From a virus: 64,000 nucleotides of DNA. Under the pieces are notes generated by a model. That model had not been told where the DNA came from, searched no databases, and saw only the letters and a list, made by a program, of their open reading frames with translations. The stretch is taken from the IMG/VR virus record IMGVR_UViG_3300025131_000005; one strand, given 5' to 3'. Shown here in pieces: positions 17,534 to 27,033 of this stretch (positions are counted from its first letter, which is position 1; the number at the start of each line of letters is the position of its first letter). The position numbers and the translations under genes were made by a program.

Positions 17534-17547
17534 GGAGATGCTAATTA

Positions 17548-20001
17548 ATGGGCTTCGGTGGCGACGGCTTCAATCCATCCAATACAGAAACAAATGCTTC
17601 AACTAAGACTGGTAGTGAACTAGACCAGACGCACCAGTTTACTGGCAGTGTTGATATTACGGGCAGTTTAACTGTCAATGGCGTAGCTATAAGTAGTTCT
17701 GCCGGTGGAGGTGGCGGCAGCGGAGACATTACCGGTGTAACGGCTGGTACGGGAATATCCGGAGGAGGTAGTTCTGGTGATGTAACTGTAACTTTAGATT
17801 TGGCTGCTGTCATTGCTAGCGACGGCGCAAACCGAATGCTCACTTCTGATAATGATGGAACATTAACTGCAGAAGCAAACGTTACTTATGATGGCACCAC
17901 TTTCACCGCTGGAGATAACGTTACACTCGGTGCTGCAGTTACTGACGTAACAACGGTCACAGGACAATTAACTGCTTCAGCAGACAGCTATTTTTCTGGT
18001 AACGTTGGCATAGGAATTACTTCACCTGTTGAAATATTGCATGTTGGTTCTGATGAACAAGTGACAAACATCGATGCAAGCCAAAAAATCCGAATAAGTC
18101 AATTGGCAAATGTTGTTAGTGCTAGGGTTAATTTAGTTGCCGGTGTTATTGGTGGTGACGATCCATATTTTGCTATTGAAACAAGAGACGGCGCGGATCC
18201 CTGGCTAATAACTGAAAAATTTAGAATTGATCATACTGGCAACGTCGGCATCGGAACGACGACCCCCGACAAAACTCTAGCTGTTGATGGCACTTTCGGA
18301 TGCACCGGAAGTGCAACGTTTAAGAGCAACGTTACTTTAGGCGATGCAGCTACTGACGTAACAACGGTCACAGGACAATTAACTGCATCAGTTGGAATGT
18401 TTGTACCAGACGGCGAGGGAATCTCGATTCAAGGACGTCGGCGGGCCCCCGGTGTTATGTTACACGCCGAAGCAACCTCAAACGGCGATGGGGTACGTAT
18501 TGATAGCGATGCAACGAGCAAATTTGGGTGTTTAGTATTTGGCAACAATGGCGATACGTCTGATTATGGTCTTATCGCCTTGGCCGGGTCCTCCGGGGGT
18601 GCCCAACCCATCACGGGCGTGGCGCACGAGAGTTTGTGTTTACGCACCCAAGGCAATGATCAGCAAATCGCTTTTTCGACTGATGCCGGCGTCTCCGCTG
18701 TACTGGTTATAAGCGGAACCAACGTGGGCATCGGACCTGACGTCCTATCTCCTGGTAGTACATTAACTGTCGACGGAACCTTTGGATGCAGTGGCAGCGT
18801 TACTTTAGGTGATGCAATTGCTGATGTAACAACGGTCACAGGACAATTAACTGCTTCTGTGGGCGCTCAATTCACTGGTGCTCCAATAGGAATTGGGCTT
18901 GCAGCAACAAACAATGCCGGAGGCTACGGCCCAACAAATCCGCAAAATCTCGTCACCATTTACGGAAACAATACCGTCGCTCGTGGCGGTGGACTAACCA
19001 TCGATTCTACTGGCAGCCAAATCGGTGTCGCAGGCCAAACCAATGCTGGCATGCTAAATTTTGCTAATGAAGGTACAGGATATTTCATTATGGGCGCAGG
19101 CGGCGGCGCTGATAACATCTGGAGCGATCTTGCTCGGGGCGATATGTTTTATCGACAAACCGCAGACAAGCGCCAGATGTGGGGCAACCGCGACGGCAAC
19201 GGCTGGGATATGTGTTTGAGCGGAAGCTTCCTTGGTATTGGAGCCAATATTGGTGCCACCGCCGATCTAACCCATACACTGCAAGTTGTAGGAACCATTT
19301 CAGGCTCAAGTACTTTGGATATTGCCGGAACCACTTCGCTTAATGGCCAATTAGCTGCTTCAGTCGGTGCTCTTATTTCCGGAAGCGCTGGTGAAAATGT
19401 AACTATCGTAGCAGATCTTGCGAAATCCGGTGATACCCATCAGGGAGCGCTGGAGGTTCGAAATGTCCAGAATTACAGCTCCATTCGGCTGTCACAATTT
19501 GAAACGAACGAAGTGGCTCAACGAACTGCCATTTTTACAAAGCACTACACCAACGACGAAGAAGATCATTTACTAATTGGCTCATATACTGACGATGATG
19601 AGACCATTGTTGCTATTGGCGGCGGCCTGGGCTCTACTGGCGATTTTAATAGCTGCACGACTCTGCGATTTCACGTAGCAGCAGACACCACATCAGACAA
19701 TACCGCACCCATTGTAACGATTACTTCAGCGGGACAATCTACTACCGGAGCAATATCAGGCTCAAGTACATTAGATATTGGAGGTGTTACCACCGTTGCC
19801 GGAAACGTATTGCCAGATGTTGATAATTCATACGATATAGGCTCAGCTTCAAAGCGCTTCGCAAACGTATATACGGGAGACCTTCATCTTAAAAATGATA
19901 AAGGCGATTGGACAATTCTTGAAGAAGAAGATTACTTATGTGTAATTAATAATAAGACAGGAAAGAAGTTCAAAATGATGTTACAAGAGATAGAGGATTA
20001 A
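17548..20001 (+). CDS. Modular tail/head fibre protein
   Basis: Gly/Thr-rich with GNVGIG motifs, three VTLG.A..DVTTVTGQLTAS repeats and a C-terminal LPDVDNSYDIGSASKRFANVYTGDLHL module. Confidence 0.8.
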   Translation: MGFGGDGFNPSNTETNASTKTGSELDQTHQFTGSVDITGSLTVNGVAISSSAGGGGGSGDITGVTAGTGISGGGSSGDVTVTLDLAAVIASDGANRMLTSDNDGTLTAEANVTYDGTTFTAGDNVTLGAAVTDVTTVTGQLTASADSYFSGNVGIGITSPVEILHVGSDEQVTNIDASQKIRISQLANVVSARVNLVAGVIGGDDPYFAIETRDGADPWLITEKFRIDHTGNVGIGTTTPDKTLAVDGTFGCTGSATFKSNVTLGDAATDVTTVTGQLTASVGMFVPDGEGISIQGRRRAPGVMLHAEATSNGDGVRIDSDATSKFGCLVFGNNGDTSDYGLIALAGSSGGAQPITGVAHESLCLRTQGNDQQIAFSTDAGVSAVLVISGTNVGIGPDVLSPGSTLTVDGTFGCSGSVTLGDAIADVTTVTGQLTASVGAQFTGAPIGIGLAATNNAGGYGPTNPQNLVTIYGNNTVARGGGLTIDSTGSQIGVAGQTNAGMLNFANEGTGYFIMGAGGGADNIWSDLARGDMFYRQTADKRQMWGNRDGNGWDMCLSGSFLGIGANIGATADLTHTLQVVGTISGSSTLDIAGTTSLNGQLAASVGALISGSAGENVTIVADLAKSGDTHQGALEVRNVQNYSSIRLSQFETNEVAQRTAIFTKHYTNDEEDHLLIGSYTDDDETIVAIGGGLGSTGDFNSCTTLRFHVAADTTSDNTAPIVTITSAGQSTTGAISGSSTLDIGGVTTVAGNVLPDVDNSYDIGSASKRFANVYTGDLHLKNDKGDWTILEEEDYLCVINNKTGKKFKMMLQEIED
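17947..18854 (+). repeat. Three identical dispersed 29-nt direct repeats GTAACAACGGTCACAGGACAATTAACTGC (17947, 18358, 18826)
   Basis: Read directly from the sequence; start-to-start spacing 411 and 468 nt. Confidence 0.9.
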
Positions 20002-20004
20002 GTT

Positions 20005-21474
20005 ATGCCGATTATAGTTAGCGGGTCAGAAGGAACAACAATCATCAGTGGGAGTGGTACCACCTCTAGCGGTTCTGCGGGATCGATGACGTATGGCTCG
20101 GACTCGATTTCGGGTTCTACCGGCGAGAGCGTGGTTACGGGCTCTTTCATTGTATCTGGAAGTGCTTTTATAACCGGAACCCTTTATGTAACTGGCAATA
20201 CCATTTATAATTATGGTGATTTTTATAATATTGGCGGTACTATTTCAGGCTCAAGCACATTAGAAATGGGTGGTCAGGCCACATTTGCTAATGCCCAACA
20301 CGTGATGACAGGTACACTGAGGGTCACCTCAAGTCAAGGAATCGCTACTGTCTACGGCGGCGGACTAACGAGAGATGGTAGTTTAACACTGCAGCATTCC
20401 GGAAGCCAGACCGGTATTCTTGTCAAGAATGAGGCCGCCAGCGCCGGTCCCGGCGCAGTTTTCTTATCGGAAGACAGTACCAACGGCCAAAATCAATTTG
20501 GTTTATCTGCACCAAGCTCAGTCACAGATAGTCAAACAATGTATTTTCCTGCAACAGCAGGCGCTGCCGATCAAGTTATGAGCGTTTCCAGTGTAGGCGG
20601 CGGTGGGGGTATGACTACCCTTACTATGGGCTGGGCTGATGTTTCTAGCATTTCTCAAGCCATCACAGTGACAGGTTCTATAACATATGAACCACAAGGG
20701 CTCAAATTTTCATATACAGATGCTCAGACTATTACTCTAACGCCAGATGGCATCGATGGTTTGGCAAGGATCCCCGTTGCTAATGGAAGCGTATTGGATA
20801 TGGGGACACTCACGGGAAGTTTAACTTGTGATATAACGACTACCGGAGTTGGCGGCCTCCAACTTGGACCCTCAGAGGGGACGAGTTCAGGATATGAAAT
20901 TAGATATGTAAGTGGAACTTCAGGTCAAGGTCTTTTAATGACGCCAGAAACTGGTTCATTTGAAAAGCCAAGTGGTTATGATTATGCAAGCGATCCTGTT
21001 TGGTTTGTGTACAATGATCATGCCAGCAATCTAGCTGAGTTCGTTGATAGTGGTCGCTATTGTTCTTATGGTGGCTATGGACCGGGTAGTATTTCTGGAT
21101 CCGGTGACGGTGATGGCTATAGCAATAGTACTAGTAATTTCCTGGTCTATAATGCATCTAATGCCGACGCGATGACTGAGTTTAGTTTTGATTCACAAGT
21201 CCCCAAAAACGCAAAAGAGGTGTACGTAGGATTTAGGTATAAGGGGGCAGGCGGTTCACTCTGGAACATATCCTTGAGTAGTAGCGGAGCTTCCGGTATG
21301 AACAATAACTCCTTACTCGGAAGATTGGGCACCAACGCTAGTGCCGACGATTTGACCTGGGATTGGTGGCTGAACGCGACCGTAGTTGCGGCAACAGGCA
21401 CGCTCCTGTATAACTTTAGAGGATACGATGGTAGCCAAACAGGTGATATGTTTTGCCGGGGATGGAGTTTCTAG
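20005..21474 (+). CDS. Putative fibre/virion structural protein
   Basis: Ser/Gly/Thr-rich; shares the ISGSSTL motif with the upstream fibre. Confidence 0.72.
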   Translation: MPIIVSGSEGTTIISGSGTTSSGSAGSMTYGSDSISGSTGESVVTGSFIVSGSAFITGTLYVTGNTIYNYGDFYNIGGTISGSSTLEMGGQATFANAQHVMTGTLRVTSSQGIATVYGGGLTRDGSLTLQHSGSQTGILVKNEAASAGPGAVFLSEDSTNGQNQFGLSAPSSVTDSQTMYFPATAGAADQVMSVSSVGGGGGMTTLTMGWADVSSISQAITVTGSITYEPQGLKFSYTDAQTITLTPDGIDGLARIPVANGSVLDMGTLTGSLTCDITTTGVGGLQLGPSEGTSSGYEIRYVSGTSGQGLLMTPETGSFEKPSGYDYASDPVWFVYNDHASNLAEFVDSGRYCSYGGYGPGSISGSGDGDGYSNSTSNFLVYNASNADAMTEFSFDSQVPKNAKEVYVGFRYKGAGGSLWNISLSSSGASGMNNNSLLGRLGTNASADDLTWDWWLNATVVAATGTLLYNFRGYDGSQTGDMFCRGWSF

Positions 21475-21487
21475 AAAGGAAAATATT

Positions 21488-21826
21488 ATGAGATATGGAT
21501 TTATAAAAGACGGTACTTCTCACGTAGTATCAATAACAGACAAGCCGTTCAATCCTCCAACTTCTGAATATCAGCGCGTTGAGATTGAAGGACGAACACC
21601 ACAAAATGGTCCTTTTCTTTATGACCCCATAACAAAAACACTCTCAACGGATGAAGAGGCATATGAAGCAGACCAAAAGGCAATGAAGAAACGTTCAATC
21701 GTTAATCTTTCTAAGCAAAAAGCCGGGTTACTCCAGGCACAACAAGATTCCGGATTAGATTATTCCGAGGAAATCTCCGAAATTCAAACTAAGATTGATA
21801 ATCTGGTGTCAGAAATTACTTCATAA
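21488..21826 (+). CDS. Small protein after the fibre genes (possible fibre assembly chaperone)
   Basis: Likely start ATG 21488 after AAGGA. Position is typical of Tfa-like chaperones. Confidence 0.55.
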   Translation: MRYGFIKDGTSHVVSITDKPFNPPTSEYQRVEIEGRTPQNGPFLYDPITKTLSTDEEAYEADQKAMKKRSIVNLSKQKAGLLQAQQDSGLDYSEEISEIQTKIDNLVSEITS

Positions 21827-21943
21827 AGCGTTTAACACTTTTCACAATTAACATAAAATGGTAATTTAGCAAAGATTACTACTACTTATTAGAGTAGTAT
21901 TTTATTCTAAACTAAACTTAAGCTTGAGAACAGGAGAATATAG

Positions 21944-23149
21944 ATGTCAAACTTGCTTGATGAAGCGTTAATCGATGCGGAAGCATTACGCGAAACTGCG
22001 CTAAAGAACGCCGAAGCAGTCCTTTTAGAGAAGTTTTCTGATCAAATCAAAGGTGCTGTTGAGACAATTTTAGAACAAGATGACTTAGAAGATCCCATGG
22101 GTGATGACGAAGGAGAAGAGGAAGAAGCAGAAAATGTACCTGATATGCCACTCGCAAGCCATGAAGGAACAGAAATGTGTCCATGCCCAGACCAAGAAGA
22201 AACTATTGAGATTGATTTTGATGAATTAGAAAAGCAAGTTGGCGATATTGAGTCCGATGAAGTGGGATCTGAAGATGCTGCCGAAGAGATTGGTGACGAA
22301 CTTGAACTAGAAGAAGAATTGTTGCAAAGTTTAGCAGAAACTGTACAAGATACTGTCGACCTAGACGCGATAACGCTCAAGCAATTGGCTGAAGTTGTGG
22401 ACGAACTTGAAGAAGATGTAGAAGAGCTTGAAGAAGGTTTTCCGCCAGATGCCGAAGCCGATGAGGCCGCGCAAGGGGCTTCCGAGACTGATGCTGCGAA
22501 ATTTATGGCTCAAAAAGAATCACTTGAGATTAACGAAGGTGATTTAGATGAAATTGTTGAAGAAGCTCTTACAGTCGATATCAAACCAGTTAAATCTGGT
22601 TGGGCAGGTACTCCACAACCGATGATCGAGTTAGCCGAAGAAGAATTATTGGCGATGCTACAAGATTCAGAGAAGAGAGAACATCATGAGACCATCGTTA
22701 AGGCCCTTAAGGCACTTCAAGAATCTCACACTAAACTTGAAGGACGTTTAGAAAAAGCGTTAAATGATAAGAAAGAGGTACTTTCCCTCTCCGTACAAAT
22801 GAAAGACAAATTACAGGAAAGCAATTTGGCAAACTCCAAGTTGCTTTACACTAATAAGGTATTGATGAGTGACTCCTTAAATGAGCGACAGAAATCAAAA
22901 ATTGTCGAAGCTCTATCAAATGCCGTTTCTGTTGAAGAAGCAAAAGTTATTTTTGAGACTCTTCAAAGCGCAACGGGCAGCACTGTTAAAAACAAAAAGC
23001 CAGAATCGTTGAGCGAGGCCGTAAATAACGCTACTTCAACAATGATAATTTCTCGTCGTAAGAAACAAAGCGATGGAGAAGAAAGTCTGAATGAGTCATC
23101 TTTAAATAGATGGAAAACCTTAGCAGGCTTAAATAAAACGACTAGATAG
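21944..23149 (+). CDS. Prohead scaffold/core protein (gp22-like)
   Basis: Very acidic and coiled coil, with many I/L-x-E sites. Directly upstream of the MCP; C-terminal RWKTLAGL. Confidence 0.8.
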   Translation: MSNLLDEALIDAEALRETALKNAEAVLLEKFSDQIKGAVETILEQDDLEDPMGDDEGEEEEAENVPDMPLASHEGTEMCPCPDQEETIEIDFDELEKQVGDIESDEVGSEDAAEEIGDELELEEELLQSLAETVQDTVDLDAITLKQLAEVVDELEEDVEELEEGFPPDAEADEAAQGASETDAAKFMAQKESLEINEGDLDEIVEEALTVDIKPVKSGWAGTPQPMIELAEEELLAMLQDSEKREHHETIVKALKALQESHTKLEGRLEKALNDKKEVLSLSVQMKDKLQESNLANSKLLYTNKVLMSDSLNERQKSKIVEALSNAVSVEEAKVIFETLQSATGSTVKNKKPESLSEAVNNATSTMIISRRKKQSDGEESLNESSLNRWKTLAGLNKTTR

Positions 23150-23172
23150 AAAAATTTTAGGAGGATTTAAAA

Positions 23173-24939
23173 ATGTCTGTTTTAGATAAATTAACAGAGG
23201 GAATTGCCGAAAGGTCTCTCTCAAGAGAAGGTGCTGCCCTAATTGAAAAATGGGAAGCAACAGGTCTTCTCGAAGGTCTTGACCAAGACCACAAGAAAAA
23301 TGGTATGGCTCGCTTGCTCGAAAACCAAGCAGCTCAGTTATTGAAGGAAGCTTCCTCGATGGCTGGAGGCGACGTTCAAGGATTTGCCGCTGTTGCATTT
23401 CCGTTGGTCCGACGCGTTTTCGGTTCGTTGATTGCCAATGATCTGGTTTCTGTACAGCCAATGAGTTTACCATCTGGTCTCATTTTCTTTATGGATTTTA
23501 CGTATAATGAAGCTAAATTAGGTCTCACTGCAGGGCAATCACTCTACGGTGGTGGCGTCGTGGCTTCACAGATTACTGGAGGTGTCAGTGACATCATGGA
23601 ATCTGGTGGTGGTTTTTATAACCTTCAAAGTGGTTATTCTTCACCAACTAGTTCAAATGATTTAACTTGGGTTGTATCCGGTTCACAAACTGAGATACCA
23701 GGTTTGATTCATTCATCGTCTTTGGTTTCCGCCCTTACTGCACAAGATAAATCTATGCTGCGATGGGATCCGGATGTGTTAGCCACTACGACTAACTATG
23801 TGTTGCAGATGACGCAAAGTATAGTTAATATGACGAATTTAAATCGCGAGAACTTGATTGCAGTTTCTGCTTCAAATCTAGGTCCGGTCTATGCAACACC
23901 CGGTGCTGCTAAGCTTGTACGTCGTTTGACTCAAGTTAAGACGGTTTCTGATGTTGATAAGATTGTTCTTACTTATGTATCACCTAGTCCGATACTTGTG
24001 GAAGGAGCAGCCAATGGCATAATTACTTGTCAGTTTCCGATTGTTGATGTATTTGCAAAGGGCGATGCTCTTGGTTCTGTTGTCGGTCAAGCCCCATGGG
24101 GACTTGAAGGCGCGGGCAATACTTCACCTGGAACATTTAATGATCAAGGTGTTGGCAGGATCCCAGAAATCGATATCAAAGTTGATTCTGTGGCCGTCAC
24201 GGCGAAATCCAAGAAGCTTAAGGCGAAGTGGACTCCAGAATTGGGACAAGATCTCAATGCTTACCACAATCTTGATGCGGAAGTTGAGCTTACGCAGATC
24301 CTTTCTGAGCAAATTGCTCTTGAAATTGATCAAGAAATTCTCAACGATCTCGTTCAACAAGCAACTGCTGGTACGTATTACTGGTCGCGTTCACCTGGTT
24401 TGTTTCTGAATCGTACAACCGGTGTTGAAATTGGTGCAAATACTGCAGCCCCCGATTTCACCGGTACAGTCAGTGAATGGTATGAGACTCTTGTCGAGAC
24501 CATGAACGACGTAAGCGCCCAGATTCATCGCAAGACTCTCCGTGGTGGAGCAAACTTCATAGTTACATCTCCTGAAGTTGCAAACATCCTTGAGTTTACT
24601 GCTGGATTCCGCGCTAGTGTCACAGCTGATAGTGATAAAGGTACTGTTGGTGCCGTTAACGTTGGTTCGATTTCGAAGAAATTTGATCTCTATGTCGATC
24701 CCTACTTCCCACGTAATTTGGTGCTTGTAGGTCGCAAGGGAGGCAGCTTCCTCGAAAGCGGCTACGTATACGCTCCTTACGTGCCACTACAGGTCACCCC
24801 TACCATTTTTGGTACGGAAGACTTTGTGCCGCGCAAAGGCGTCATGACTCGGTATGCTAAGAAGATGGTTAGACCTGATATGTATGGTCTGGTTGTCGTC
24901 GAAGGCTTGCTTGGTCAGAGCGGCGCAGCGAGCGCATAA
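23173..24939 (+). CDS. Major capsid protein (T4 gp23-like)
   Basis: LVSVQPMSLPSGLIFF, KSKKLKAKWTPELGQDLNAYH, EIDQEIL, GYVYAPYVPL, RKGVMTRYA. Confidence 0.97.
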   Translation: MSVLDKLTEGIAERSLSREGAALIEKWEATGLLEGLDQDHKKNGMARLLENQAAQLLKEASSMAGGDVQGFAAVAFPLVRRVFGSLIANDLVSVQPMSLPSGLIFFMDFTYNEAKLGLTAGQSLYGGGVVASQITGGVSDIMESGGGFYNLQSGYSSPTSSNDLTWVVSGSQTEIPGLIHSSSLVSALTAQDKSMLRWDPDVLATTTNYVLQMTQSIVNMTNLNRENLIAVSASNLGPVYATPGAAKLVRRLTQVKTVSDVDKIVLTYVSPSPILVEGAANGIITCQFPIVDVFAKGDALGSVVGQAPWGLEGAGNTSPGTFNDQGVGRIPEIDIKVDSVAVTAKSKKLKAKWTPELGQDLNAYHNLDAEVELTQILSEQIALEIDQEILNDLVQQATAGTYYWSRSPGLFLNRTTGVEIGANTAAPDFTGTVSEWYETLVETMNDVSAQIHRKTLRGGANFIVTSPEVANILEFTAGFRASVTADSDKGTVGAVNVGSISKKFDLYVDPYFPRNLVLVGRKGGSFLESGYVYAPYVPLQVTPTIFGTEDFVPRKGVMTRYAKKMVRPDMYGLVVVEGLLGQSGAASA

Positions 24940-24958
24940 TTTTTAGTGTAGCCTAGAA

Positions 24959-24991
24959 AAAAGCCCTGGTTTCTTTGAGACCAGGGCTTTT
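24959..24991 (+). terminator. Intrinsic terminator after the MCP
   Basis: aaaagccctggtttc-ttt-gagaccagggctttt, about 15-bp stem with one G-U pair. Confidence 0.85.
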
Positions 24992-25029
24992 CCTTTATTA
25001 TCAACTATTTACATAAAAGGAGTTTTACC

Positions 25030-25209
25030 ATGGGTAGAAAGAAAAAGAGACTGCGTTTATTGGCCGCACAAGAGAAGGCTCGCCAAGCCAAGAGTGAAAC
25101 CACCCCACCGGCACCAAAAGCCCCTGAGAGTGCCCCAGCAGCAGCTGCAGCCCCAAAAAAGAAGGCACCACCCAAGAAGGTCGTCAAGTCCAGAACTAAA
25201 AAAGCTTGA
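25030..25209 (+). CDS. 59-aa Lys/Ala/Pro-rich basic protein (histone H1-tail-like), missed by the ORF track
   Basis: MGRKKKRLRLLAAQEKARQAKSETTPPAPKAPESAPAAAAAPKKKAPPKKVVKSRTKKA*. ACTATTTA at 25004-11 and AGGAG RBS. Confidence 0.8.
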   Translation: MGRKKKRLRLLAAQEKARQAKSETTPPAPKAPESAPAAAAAPKKKAPPKKVVKSRTKKA

Positions 25210-25258
25210 TACTCCTTTCTGAATACTATTTACCTAGTAAGCCAAGGAGATCAAATGA

Positions 25259-26530
25259 ATGGCAGTTCCAACTTTAACACCTGCTTCACAGACCCCTGCA
25301 ATAGTTTTACCTGAAACAGGATCATTAACAGAGGCTGCCACAGCTGCTAATTATCCTTATGGTATGTATGTTGCTAATACGGATTTTATTTCTGGCGCTG
25401 TTGATCAAGTTAATTATACATATCGCAAACTGGGCGGTGATGTCCTTGATATTGAAATAACCCAAAAGAATGTTTTTGCCGCTTATGAAGAATCAGTATT
25501 GGAATATTCTTATATCGTCAATATATATCAAGCAAAAAATGCCATGGGTTCTGCTTTGGGAACACCAACGGGTACATTTGATCACGATGGGCAACATAAA
25601 ACAGATTCCCCACTTGTAGATGATCCCAATATGGCTCTCAAGTATCCTAAATTTGAATTTGGATATGTAAAGCAAATAAGTGACCGTACCGTTACCGAAG
25701 TGGGACTAGGGGGCACGCAGCCCATCTATTCTGCTTCTTTTGACAAAGTTAACGGAGTACAAGATTACGATCTCCAACAAATAGTACAATCAGCTTCTAG
25801 TAATGATACTTCTTCTTCTTTTTACGGAAAAGTGGGCAATAATCGAATAACGATCCGCCGTGTATGGTATAAAACTCCTCATGCCATGTGGCGTTTTTAC
25901 GGTTATTATGGTGGAATTAATACGATTGGTAATTTGTCTACTTACGGAATGTATGCTGATGATTCTACCTTTGAGGTCATACCTACATGGCAAAATAAAC
26001 TTCAAGCTATGGCATATGAAGATGCGATTTATACGAGAAATTCTCATTATTCTTATGAGATAAAGGATAATAAAATTCGAATTTTTCCATTACCTGGCCT
26101 TTATTCTCCTAATAAATACTGGATAGAATTTACCACCAAATTGGATCCTTGGAACGATACAGCTACTGCTAAAACAGGTGTCGAAGGTGTTAATAACTTA
26201 AATACAGTCCCTTTCGCCAATATTCCCTATAAAAACATTAATTCAATTGGTAAACAATGGATTCGACGTTTTGCTTTATCGTTATCTAAAGAGATTTTAG
26301 GACAAGTTCGAGGAAAATTTACGACAATCCCCATTCCAGGAAATACTGTGAATTTAAATGCTTCTGATTTATTGAGTCAGGCAAAAGATGAACAGGAGAA
26401 GTTAAGGGAGGAATTGAAGACTATATTGGCTGAATTGACTTATGCTAAAGTTGAGGAAGAACAGGCAGGGATGGTAAAATCCGCCAATGAAATTCTTCAA
26501 TCTATACCATACGGCGTATATGTGGGGTGA
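25259..26530 (+). CDS. Neck/head-tail connector protein (gp13-like)
   Basis: RKLGGDVLDIE at the N-terminus, QWIRRFALSLSKEILGQVRGKF...GNTVNLNASDL near the C-terminus. Position after the MCP. Confidence 0.8.
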   Translation: MAVPTLTPASQTPAIVLPETGSLTEAATAANYPYGMYVANTDFISGAVDQVNYTYRKLGGDVLDIEITQKNVFAAYEESVLEYSYIVNIYQAKNAMGSALGTPTGTFDHDGQHKTDSPLVDDPNMALKYPKFEFGYVKQISDRTVTEVGLGGTQPIYSASFDKVNGVQDYDLQQIVQSASSNDTSSSFYGKVGNNRITIRRVWYKTPHAMWRFYGYYGGINTIGNLSTYGMYADDSTFEVIPTWQNKLQAMAYEDAIYTRNSHYSYEIKDNKIRIFPLPGLYSPNKYWIEFTTKLDPWNDTATAKTGVEGVNNLNTVPFANIPYKNINSIGKQWIRRFALSLSKEILGQVRGKFTTIPIPGNTVNLNASDLLSQAKDEQEKLREELKTILAELTYAKVEEEQAGMVKSANEILQSIPYGVYVG

Positions 26531-26535
26531 ATTAG

Positions 26536-27033
26536 ATGTCGTATGATAAAAATAAGTGGTCCCAGCCAGCCCAACCACCTCCTCCACTGTTCTTTAATAA
26601 GAAAGAACGTGATTTGGTAAAACAAGTCAGTGATGAATTAATTGAAAGAGTAATTGGACAGACAATACTCTATTACCCTATTGATGTTGAAAGTAGTGAT
26701 TTCCATCCTTTATATGGCGAGGCAATAGAAAAAACATTCTTACCTCCAATTCGGGTTATGGCCCTTATAGAATGGGATAATATAGCAACAGAAACGAGTC
26801 ATACATATGGTATGGACAAAACGGGTGCCTTAACATGTCATTTTCATAATAGAAGAATCTCAGAGGATCAGAACCTATTTGTTCGCGAAGGTGACTTTAT
26901 TTTATATGGACAATTATATTATGAGATAGTTAATGTAGACTTTCCAGCCCAATTGTTTGGTCAAGTTAGTCATCAAATAGAAATAAGTGCAAAATGCATA
27001 CGATCACGTAAGGGGGTTTTTGATGCCCGATAA
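26536..27033 (+). CDS. Neck/head closure protein (gp14-like)
   Basis: Synteny; EGDFILYG...YEIV beta-barrel pattern. Confidence 0.7.
   Translation: MSYDKNKWSQPAQPPPPLFFNKKERDLVKQVSDELIERVIGQTILYYPIDVESSDFHPLYGEAIEKTFLPPIRVMALIEWDNIATETSHTYGMDKTGALTCHFHNRRISEDQNLFVREGDFILYGQLYYEIVNVDFPAQLFGQVSHQIEISAKCIRSRKGVFDAR

Noticed and set aside
17947-18854. CRISPR array suggested by three identical 29-nt repeats
   Set aside because: Spacers are 382 and 439 nt, the repeats are in frame inside a fibre gene, and no cas genes are present.
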